DNA of 64,000 nt from Alphaproteobacteria bacterium (GTDB lineage Bacteria > Pseudomonadota > Alphaproteobacteria > UBA828), in assembly GCA_965220745.1 (NCBI GenBank), contig CBDCQT010000007.1:96001-160000 (forward strand). Reading direction: 5' to 3'. Shown here in pieces: positions 56,783 through 64,000 of this stretch (the stretch's first letter is position 1; every line of letters begins with the position of its first letter). The position numbers and the translations under genes were made by a program. Below the pieces are notes generated by a model that was not told where the DNA came from, did no database searches, and worked only from the letters and a program-made list of their open reading frames with translations.

Positions 56783-57952
56783 TTACGGAGCCAGCGCCTG
56801 CGCGAGCGTCATCGCGTTGTGCCGCATCATGTCGAGGTAGGTCGGTGCCGGGCCGTCCGGGCCGGACAGCGCACCGGGATAGAGCGTGCCGCCGATGACG
56901 GCTCCCGTCTCGTCGGCGATCTGCCTCAGGAGGCGCGCATCGCCAATGTTCTCGATGAAGACGGCACCAATGCCCCGCTCACGGATCTGTTGGATGAGGC
57001 GGGCGACATCCTTTGCGGATGCCTCCGACTCGGTGCTGAGCCCCTGCGGCGCGATGAAGGTCAGCCCATAATCGCCGCCGAAATACTGGAACGCGTCGTG
57101 CGAGGTGACGACGATGCGGCGATCGGCCGACAGGGCTGCCATGATCTCGCGGATCTCTGCATCGAGCGCCTCGATCTCGGCGACATAAGCTGCGCGGCTT
57201 TGGTAGAAGTCGGCCGCGTTCGCCGGATCGGCCTGAGCCAGAGCGGCAGTGATGTTGTCGACATAGGCTACGGCGTTGCCGAGGCTCTGCCAGCCGTGCG
57301 GGTCGAAAGCGCCATGGTCATGGTGGTCGTGGCCTGCCTCGGCATGCGCCTCGTCATCGTGGTCGTCGTCATGATCGTGCATCGCTGTCTCGGCATGCTC
57401 CTCGTGCTCGTCGTCATGATCGTGCATCGCTGTCTCGGCATGCTCTTCGTGGCCGTGGTCATCATCATGATCGGCCTCGGCATGGTCATCGTGGTCATCA
57501 TCATGATCGGCCTCGGCGTGGTCATCGTGATCGTGGTCATGCCCGGCCTCCTCGGCATGCTCTTCGTGGTCGTCATCGTGACCGTGCTCGTCGTCGAACG
57601 CGATCGGCTCGATGCCGTCGGTCGCCACCACCCGGATACCGCGAAAGTCCGAAGCGTCGATCAGCCGGTCCAGCCAGCCCTCGAACTGCAGCCCGTTGAC
57701 GACAAGGATCCTCGCTTCGCTGAGGGCCCGCGCATCGGCGGGGGTCGGCTGGTAGACATGCGTATCCCCGTCGGGGCCGACGAGCGTCGTGAGAGCGACG
57801 TGCTCGCCGCCGATCCGCTTCACCATGTCGCCGAGGATCGAGAAGGTGGCGACCACCGGGGTCGGTTTGTCGGCCTCTGCGATGGCCGGAGCGGCGAGCG
57901 ACAGGGCGAAGAGGGTGGTGGCGGATGTCAGAAGCGTTCTGCGGGTGAGCAT
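56783..57952 (-). CDS. Zn ABC transporter substrate-binding protein (cluster A-I, ZnuA/AztC-like)
   Basis: Signal LTRRTLL..AIA, DTHVYQP, DPHGW, HDAFQYF, long His/Asp loop; AAGGAG RBS. Confidence 0.92.
   Translation of the reverse strand: MLTRRTLLTSATTLFALSLAAPAIAEADKPTPVVATFSILGDMVKRIGGEHVALTTLVGPDGDTHVYQPTPADARALSEARILVVNGLQFEGWLDRLIDASDFRGIRVVATDGIEPIAFDDEHGHDDDHEEHAEEAGHDHDHDDHAEADHDDDHDDHAEADHDDDHGHEEHAETAMHDHDDEHEEHAETAMHDHDDDHDDEAHAEAGHDHHDHGAFDPHGWQSLGNAVAYVDNITAALAQADPANAADFYQSRAAYVAEIEALDAEIREIMAALSADRRIVVTSHDAFQYFGGDYGLTFIAPQGLSTESEASAKDVARLIQQIRERGIGAVFIENIGDARLLRQIADETGAVIGGTLYPGALSGPDGPAPTYLDMMRHNAMTLAQALAP
57320..57600 (-). repeat. Tandem His/Asp/Glu coding repeats in the binding-protein loop
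   Basis: 2x DDHAEADHDDDH (36 nt) and 2x HEEHAETAMHDHDD(E/D) (45 nt). Confidence 0.85.
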
Positions 57953-57963
57953 TGATACTCCTT

Positions 57964-58833
57964 TCAGGCTTCGAGATGGCGGCGCGGGAAGGCCCGCCCG
58001 GCGAGACCGCCCACCGGTCCGAAGACCAGCGACAGCGCGTAGGCGAGACCCGCGACAAGAATGATTGCCGGCCCGGAGGGCAGGCTGAAGTGGTAGGAGA
58101 GAAGAAGGCCGCACAGGCTCGAGAGCATCGCGACCGAGACCGCGACGGCGATCAGGGCGCCGATGCCGACTGCCCAGAACCGCGCGGCGGCGGCGGGAAG
58201 GATCATGATACCGACGGCCATCAGCGTGCCGAGCGCGTGAAAGCCGGCTACGAGGTTGAGCACGACGAGAGCAAGAAACGCGAAATGCGTCACGGCGCTG
58301 AGCCCGCTCACCGAGCGCAGGAACTGCGGATCCGCGCACTCGAGCACGAGCGGCCGGAACAGGGCCGCGAGCGCGAAGACCGAAATGCTCGCGATGGAAC
58401 AGAGCAGAGTCAGGGCGTCGTCGTCGAGCGCCAGCACGGTCCCGAAGAGCACGTGCATCAGGTCGACATTGCTGCCTCGGGTGGAAACGATCAGCACGCC
58501 CACCGCCAGTGAGATCAGGTAAAAGGCCGCCAGGCTCGCGTCCTCGCGCAGCGCCGTGAATCGGGTCACGAAGCCCGAGAGCAGCGCCACGGCCATGCCT
58601 GCGATCAGCCCGCCGATGGTCATCGCCCCGAGCGAGAGGCCCGAGACGAGAAAACCGACGGCCGCACCCGGCAGGATCGCATGGGCCATCGCGTCGCCCG
58701 TCAGGCTCATGCGGCGCAGCATCAGGAATACGCCGACCGGTGTCGCGCCGACCGAGATCGCAATGCAGCCCATCAGCGCGCGCCGCATGAAGCCGAAATC
58801 GGCGAAGGGCTGGACGAGGAGCTCCCACATCAT
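57964..58833 (-). CDS. Zn/Mn ABC transporter permease
   Basis: FMRRAL, GVFLMLRRMSLTGDAMAHAILPG, LPSGPAI. Confidence 0.92.
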   Translation of the reverse strand: MMWELLVQPFADFGFMRRALMGCIAISVGATPVGVFLMLRRMSLTGDAMAHAILPGAAVGFLVSGLSLGAMTIGGLIAGMAVALLSGFVTRFTALREDASLAAFYLISLAVGVLIVSTRGSNVDLMHVLFGTVLALDDDALTLLCSIASISVFALAALFRPLVLECADPQFLRSVSGLSAVTHFAFLALVVLNLVAGFHALGTLMAVGIMILPAAAARFWAVGIGALIAVAVSVAMLSSLCGLLLSYHFSLPSGPAIILVAGLAYALSLVFGPVGGLAGRAFPRRHLEA

Positions 58834-59573
58834 GCAGCGCTTCGCCCGCATGTATGCGGCGGGCCGACACAGGCCTCGCACATCTGGCGCGCGCGGAACT
58901 GGTTCTCGGCCGTCAGCACCCGCGCCGTGGGTCCGTGGGCGACGAGTTCGCGCGCCAGCATCAGCGTGCGGGGGAAGTGAGCCCGTACCGTGTCCACGTC
59001 GTGCAAGACGGCGAGCACCGTGCGGCCTTCACCGTGCCAGCGCCGCACCACGCCAATCAGGTCCGCCACCGTTCTCGCGTCGATTGCCGTGAAGGGCTCG
59101 TCAAGCAGGACGAGCCGTGCGTCCTGCAGCAGCAGGCGGGCAAAGAGCGCACGCTGTAACTGCCCGCCCGACAGCGACCCGATCGGCCGCTTCTCGAACC
59201 CTTCGAGGCCGACCGCGGAAATCGCGTCGGCGACGCGTGAGCGGTGACTGGCCCGCAAGCCCGCAAAGCCGCCGATCTCCCGCCAGAGGCCCATCGCCAC
59301 GAGGTCGGAGACTACGATCGGAAAAGACCGGTCGACGTCCGATTGCTGCGGCAGGTAGGCGATGTCGTCCCGCGCGACCCCGCCGAAGGCGATCCGTCCT
59401 TCGAGCGGGCGGAGTGAGCCGGTCACCCCCTTCAACACCGTGGATTTACCGGCCCCGTTGGGTCCGACGATGGCCGTCAGGCTGCCCTCGGCGATCTCGC
59501 CGTGCAGGCGATGCACGGCCGGATGCCGGTCGTAGCCGAGGCTCAGGTCCTGAAACTTGAGGGCATAGGTCAT
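58830..59573 (-). CDS. Zn/Mn ABC transporter ATP-binding protein
   Basis: GPNGAGKST, LSGGQ, LLDEP. Confidence 0.93.
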   Translation of the reverse strand: MTYALKFQDLSLGYDRHPAVHRLHGEIAEGSLTAIVGPNGAGKSTVLKGVTGSLRPLEGRIAFGGVARDDIAYLPQQSDVDRSFPIVVSDLVAMGLWREIGGFAGLRASHRSRVADAISAVGLEGFEKRPIGSLSGGQLQRALFARLLLQDARLVLLDEPFTAIDARTVADLIGVVRRWHGEGRTVLAVLHDVDTVRAHFPRTLMLARELVAHGPTARVLTAENQFRARQMCEACVGPPHTCGRSAA

Positions 59574-59704
59574 GGTCCACCCGGCGTGGACGTCGCCCAG
59601 AAGAACGCGCCCCAGAGCGCGGCAACGATCAGGGCCGCCCCGAGCAGTCGCGGGCCGGCGCCGAGCGGCAGCAGCCGGATCGAAGGCGTGTGCCGCGTTC
59701 TCAT
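59570..59704 (-). CDS. 44-aa single-pass membrane protein (absent from the ORF track)
   Basis: MRTRHTPSIRLLPLGAGPRLLGAALIVAALWGAFFWATSTPGGP*; GGGAG RBS; ATGA overlap with the ATPase start. Confidence 0.72.
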   Translation of the reverse strand: MRTRHTPSIRLLPLGAGPRLLGAALIVAALWGAFFWATSTPGGP

Positions 59705-59800
59705 GTCAGCGCTCCCTGCCGAGCGGCGGCGCCTGCGTCCGGCCGCCGAGACGATCCATCCGGATACCGGCTCTCCATAGGCGGAGCTCCTCGCTCCCGT

Positions 59801-60307
59801 CTACGCCGCGCCGGCTTCTGCGCACTGTGCACACGTGCCCTGGACCTCGACCATTCGACGTGTCGCGACGAACCCGAGGACGGCGGCATCCTCGGCAAGC
59901 AGTCCTCCGATCCGCGGATCCTCGAGCTCAACCGATGCCCGGCAGCCGCTGCAGATGAAGAACAGGCAATCGTGGTCGCGCTCGGGATGGGCGCACGGGA
60001 CGTAGGCGTTCAGGCTTTCGATCCTGGAAACGAGGCCCTGCGCCATCAGGAACTCAAGCGCCCGGTACACGGTCGGCGGTCCGACGGGCCGCGAATCCCT
60101 GAGCTTGACCGCTTCGATCAGTTCGTAGGCGCCCGTCGGCCGACCGCTCGCCCAAAGCAACTCCAGGACACGCCTCCGCAGCTCTGTCATCTTTACGCCG
60201 CGCCCCTCGCAAATTGATACCGCGAGCGCGACCCGTTCGCGTGCCGAGTGCCGCCCGCGGCAATCCAGATCGGTGCTTGGCCGGGGTCGGGTCGGCGGTT
60301 TCGTCAT
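59801..60307 (-). CDS. zur: Zinc uptake regulator (Fur family)
   Basis: GAYELI, PPTVYRALEFL, RIESLNAY, two CxxC motifs; heads the Zn ABC operon. Confidence 0.88.
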   Translation of the reverse strand: MTKPPTRPRPSTDLDCRGRHSARERVALAVSICEGRGVKMTELRRRVLELLWASGRPTGAYELIEAVKLRDSRPVGPPTVYRALEFLMAQGLVSRIESLNAYVPCAHPERDHDCLFFICSGCRASVELEDPRIGGLLAEDAAVLGFVATRRMVEVQGTCAQCAEAGAA

Positions 60308-60330
60308 CGCCTGTCTCACCTTGCGGTACA

Positions 60331-60353
60331 GGAAAGATACATTATAACATTTC
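60331..60353. promoter_or_regulatory. Zur box between divergent zur and folE
   Basis: GGAAAGATACATTATAACATTTC: right half 11/11 and left half 7/11 to GAAATGTTATA-N-TATAACATTTC. Confidence 0.85.
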
Positions 60354-60413
60354 GCACTGTTTCGCAAGAGAGCCGCTATCCGGGGCGGCCAGACATCGAT
60401 GAAAGGCCGGGAT

Positions 60414-61067
60414 ATGGACAGTATAGTTGCCGAGCTTCGAACCTCGACCTCATCGCGCACCGGATCGGGAGCACGCCGTCGGCCGCGTCGCGCCGAGGCC
60501 GAGGCCGCCGTTCGCACGCTGATCGAGTGGGCCGGGGACGATCCCGACCGGGAGGGGCTGAGGGGAACGCCCGAACGTGTCGTGCGGGCCTATGAGGAAT
60601 TCTTCGCTGGATACGGCGAAGACCCGGTCGCCTTGCTGGCCTCGACTTTCGAGAAGACTGCCGCCTATGACCAGATGATCGTCTTGCGCGACATTCGCCT
60701 CGAATCCCACTGCGAGCACCACATCGTTCCTATCCTGGGAAAAGCGCATGTCGGGTATTTGCCGGCGGAACGAGTCGTGGGCATCTCAAAGCTCGTGCGC
60801 CTTATCGAGGTCTTCGCGAAGCGGATGCAGATCCAGGAAGCGTTGACATCGGAGATCGCGGACACGATCCAGGACGTGCTCAAGCCACGTGGCGTCGGCG
60901 TGGTCATCGAGGCGGCGCATCAGTGCATGACCACGCGTGGTATCCGCAAACCGGGGGTCAGCCTGGTAACCAGCCGCATGCTCGGCTGTTTCCGCGACAA
61001 CCCGACGACACGGCGGGAGTTTCTGGCGATGATCGGCGCCCAGGGGAGCACACCCCACAGGGGTTGA
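60414..61067 (+). CDS. folE: GTP cyclohydrolase I (type IA)
   Basis: [34 protein letters not shown]. Confidence 0.95.
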   Translation: MDSIVAELRTSTSSRTGSGARRRPRRAEAEAAVRTLIEWAGDDPDREGLRGTPERVVRAYEEFFAGYGEDPVALLASTFEKTAAYDQMIVLRDIRLESHCEHHIVPILGKAHVGYLPAERVVGISKLVRLIEVFAKRMQIQEALTSEIADTIQDVLKPRGVGVVIEAAHQCMTTRGIRKPGVSLVTSRMLGCFRDNPTTRREFLAMIGAQGSTPHRG

Positions 61068-61223
61068 ACACCTCGCCCCAACGGGTTTAGCCGCGCGGAG
61101 CAGGCGCGCGCGCAAACCGCCGAACGGCCGGTCAGGCTGATCGCGCTGTTCTGCATCCAAATCTGACGCGTGTTCTGGCTAGTGACGGACAACCGGATCG
61201 AGCCGAACAGGCCTGGCGTGAGT

Positions 61224-61517
61224 CGGCCCGCCGAGGGCGTCAAGGCGACCGGCGCCACCCACGTGCAACAGGTGATCTTTAGCATCATCCCGCAGATGCT
61301 GCCGCTGTGGATCTCCTTCTCGCTCTATCGCTTCGAATCGAACGTGCGCTCGGCGACGGTGCTCGGTATCGTCGGCGCCGGCTGCATTGGCATGATTCTC
61401 TGGGAATACATCCGGGGCTTCTACTACGCCGAGACCTCGGCCGTGCTGATCATCTTCGTGGGCTCCGTCAGCATGCTCGACATGGCATCGCAGCGGCCGC
61501 GCAAGATGTTCATCTGA
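61224..61517 (+). pseudogene. C-terminal fragment of phosphonate ABC permease PhnE
   Basis: EGVKATGA..LYRFESNVRSATVLGIVGAG; N-terminal part absent. Confidence 0.82.
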
Positions 61518-61553
61518 GCGTCCCACGCGCGGACACACCCTCCCGCCGCAGCG

Positions 61554-62246
61554 ATGACCGCCCGCTATGCCATCTACATCGCGCCCCAGGCCGACTCGCC
61601 GCTCGCACGCTTCGGCGCAGCCTGGCTCGGGCGCGATGCGGAGACAGGCGCGCATCTGGCGCGGCCGGCGATGGAAGGGTTCAGCGATGAGCGCTTGGCC
61701 TACATCACCGCGGCGCCCCGCGGCTACGGCTTCCACGCGACGCTGGCACCGCCCATGCGCCTCGCCGAGGGGTGCACGCCCGACGCGCTCGACGAGGCGC
61801 TTGCCAGCTTCGCCGCCTCGCGTGAGCCGTTTCAATCGCCGCCGCTGAGGCTCGCGGCGCTCGACGGCTTCCTCGCCTTGGTGCTCTCCAACGCGAGCGC
61901 GCTCATGCAGGCGCTGGAGGACGACATCATCCGCACCTTTCATCGCTTTCGGGCGCCGCCTACACCGGCCGAGTACATTCGCCGCGAGGCGGGGACGCAC
62001 ACGCCGCGCCAGGAGGAGCTGCTCCGCCAGTGGGGCTATCCGCTCGTGCTGGATGAGTTCCGCTTCCACATGACGCTGACGTGCAAGCTCGATCAGGACG
62101 AGCGGCACGCCCTTCAGCAAGCTCTTGAAGCGCTAACCGCGCCGCTGTGCGCACGGCCGCTCGCGGTGGATGGGGTCGCGCTGTTCGAGCAAGAAGCCAA
62201 GGGGATGCCGTTCAGACTTACGCGCCGCTATCCGTTCGGTACCTGA
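61554..62246 (+). CDS. DUF1045 phosphonate-metabolism 2H-phosphoesterase-like protein
   Basis: [24 protein letters not shown]; follows the phnE remnant. Confidence 0.85.
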   Translation: MTARYAIYIAPQADSPLARFGAAWLGRDAETGAHLARPAMEGFSDERLAYITAAPRGYGFHATLAPPMRLAEGCTPDALDEALASFAASREPFQSPPLRLAALDGFLALVLSNASALMQALEDDIIRTFHRFRAPPTPAEYIRREAGTHTPRQEELLRQWGYPLVLDEFRFHMTLTCKLDQDERHALQQALEALTAPLCARPLAVDGVALFEQEAKGMPFRLTRRYPFGT

Positions 62247-62419
62247 GCGCATCGGGGCGCCGCTCTCCCGCCCCTCCAGTCCTCCGCCAAGTCGCCTGTC
62301 TGTGGCGTCCACATTTTCCGAAATCGTCATGTTGGCGAAACCGCCGCTTCACATGGCGGGTCCAGTATGTCAGCGCCCACATTCCGAGCATGGAGACCTC
62401 GCCATGAGGACATGGACCA

Positions 62420-62716
62420 CCAAGCTGACCGCGGCGCTGCTCGACCGGCTCACCCATCACTGCGAGATCGTCGAGACCGGAAACGAGAGCTGGCGCTTCA
62501 AGAACCGCTCTTGATCCGGCGCCGGCCTCCCCTGCAGCCCGGTTGCTCCGGTGGGCCAACAGGGACCCCCCCACGCGGCTTCGCTCCGCGTAGCGTGAGA
62601 CGCTACACGAAGCCGCGCGGGTCCCCCCTATTGGCTACCGGGACAACCTCCGCCGTGCCTCCAAGGGGGTCAATTTTGCACGCCGATAGGGGGTCAATCT
62701 TCAATGCCGATTGACA
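62420..62716 (+). mobile_element. IS21-family right end: IstB C-terminus plus terminal repeat
   Basis: [23 protein letters not shown]; repeated GGGGTCAAT units and terminal ...GCCGATTGACA. Confidence 0.85.
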
Positions 62717-63300
62717 ATCCATGGCTTGTGGGCGGGCTCGAGGCTGTCGATGGCGCGCTTTCCGAGTGTGACTAGCATGAGGGAATGATAGCATGGCGTG
62801 GCATACAAATCAACACTTACCACAACACAGGAAAGTAACCTCAGGACCGCTCAGGGGGCCTACAGACCACTCCAGGCCGGATAGATCATTTCAACACCAC
62901 AACAAAATCAACCTCCAGGGCGCTCCCGGAACCTCAGGGGACCAGGAGGGACAATGGATCACTATGGTTTCTCACCACAGTAACGGCGTGCGTCGCTTCC
63001 AGGCGTTCGATCCGCCAGGAGCGGGCCGAAAAGCGTATCAGGGAATACGGTTGAGGCCAGCGCCGCGCAGACCATGACCGTGGTGAGAAGTGCGGGCTAA
63101 TGGAGCGAAGTTCTCGCGGCCATCCTTGTCGCACCCCATATCTGTATCGGTCTCACTGCACCGGCTGCCGCCGCCGCCACCTTATGCATGATTTGTTCTT
63201 TTTATATACCATATTTGTTCGATAAGAGATATCATGGCTGGGAGTGGTTCTGGTTCAGCAAAGTTCCGGCGCCTCAGTTGCAGCCGGTCGGAGGTTAGCG

Positions 63301-63801
63301 ATGAGTAAGTGGTACGTGGTCCACACGCGGCCCCATCAGGAGCAGCGCGCCGAGGTAAACCTGGCGCGCCAGGGGTATCGGGTATGGCTGCCGGTGATGG
63401 AACGCTCCCGGCGCCGCGCAAAGCGCTTCGAGAGCGGGCACGCGCCGCTCTTTCCACAGTACCTGTTCGTGGAACTCGATATTGGGCGCGAGCCGTGGCG
63501 CGCCATCAACGGCACCTTCGGGGTGAAGCGGCTTCTCGCCGATGGCCCGCGCCCTCGGGCGCTGCCCGAAGAATTCGTCACGGCACTGAGGGAGGCGACC
63601 GGGGCCGACGGCATCAGCTCGCCCGAGCCTCCCGATTTGAAGCCGGGGGATGCCGTGACCATCGCGATCGGCCCCTTCGTGGAGTGCGCGGCGGTCGTCC
63701 TGCGGCTCGCGCCGCGCCAGAGGGTCGAGGTGCTGCTGGATGTGCTGGGCGGGCGGGTTCCGGCCCGTCTTCCCAAACGAGCGGTGATCGCCGCTGCATA
63801 A
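63301..63801 (+). CDS. RfaH-like NusG-paralog transcription antiterminator
   Basis: WYVVHT..EQRAEVNLARQG, PLFPQYLFV, INGTFGV, KOW-like PGDAVTIAIGPF; GGAGG RBS. Confidence 0.88.
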   Translation: MSKWYVVHTRPHQEQRAEVNLARQGYRVWLPVMERSRRRAKRFESGHAPLFPQYLFVELDIGREPWRAINGTFGVKRLLADGPRPRALPEEFVTALREATGADGISSPEPPDLKPGDAVTIAIGPFVECAAVVLRLAPRQRVEVLLDVLGGRVPARLPKRAVIAAA

Positions 63802-63828
63802 ACGCTCGAAAACGTCTCGGACAGGGAA

Positions 63829-64000
63829 CTAGAACGGGGGGTCGTCGCCCGACGCGTGGCTCCTGTCGAGATTGTCGAACTTGGTCAGCAGCGCGTTGAA
63901 ATAGAGCTCCACCTTGCCGATCGGCCCGTGGCGCTGCTTGGCAATGATGACCTCCGCCTTGTTGTGGACCTTATCCATCTTTTCCTGCCACTCGGCGTGG
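63829..64000 (-). CDS. dnaB: Replicative DNA helicase, C-terminal end (partial)
   Basis: Read from DNA: HAEWQEKMDKVHNKAEVIIAKQRHGPIGKVELYFNALLTKFDNL..PPF*. Confidence 0.9.
   Translation of the reverse strand, partial: HAEWQEKMDKVHNKAEVIIAKQRHGPIGKVELYFNALLTKFDNLDRSHASGDDPPF

Noticed and set aside
57320-57600. Possible CRISPR array
   Set aside because: Repeats are in-frame His/Asp codons without unique spacers; no cas genes in the window
56783-58870. 695-aa binding-protein fusion
   Set aside because: The upstream part is an off-frame reading of the permease; RBS and signal peptide place the start at 57952
62793-63077. 94-aa ORF upstream of the RfaH-like gene
   Set aside because: Atypical codon usage and no recognisable motif; more likely non-coding

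Overview
High-GC alphaproteobacterial chromosome segment (two-piece permuted tmRNA, alpha-type SspB, ThyX). Bases 1 to ~35,830 are core genome: ppdK, ygfZ, nudC, rpmH-rnpA-yidD-yidC-engB-argB, fumC, a group II PLP decarboxylase/SDR pair, sspB-ssrA, thyX, apbC, hflKC, miaA, ilvBNC, leuA, mreBCD-mrdA-rodA and ilvE. From ~35,830 to ~63,800 lies a mosaic accessory region full of gene and IS remnants, ending at the 3' end of dnaB. It holds a TPR/2OG-Fe(II) oxygenase, an ATPase-less polyamine-type ABC system, metH plus a relic of a second metH, and a ~13 kb zinc-starvation island. The island has two parallel Zur divergons (one intact, one decaying), each with a Zur box, plus a Zn ABC importer with an unannotated 44-aa membrane peptide, three COG0523 metallochaperone genes, WD40/DUF1289/DUF1826/DUF1636 accessory genes, and paralogs of Zn enzymes (CysS, HisI with a Cys-to-Asp ligand change, FolE, gamma-carbonic anhydrase). 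Other oddities are a YidC with a ~340-aa charged C-terminal tail, a structured leuA leader and an orphan RfaH-like gene. All calls come from motif recognition by eye; no database searches were run.
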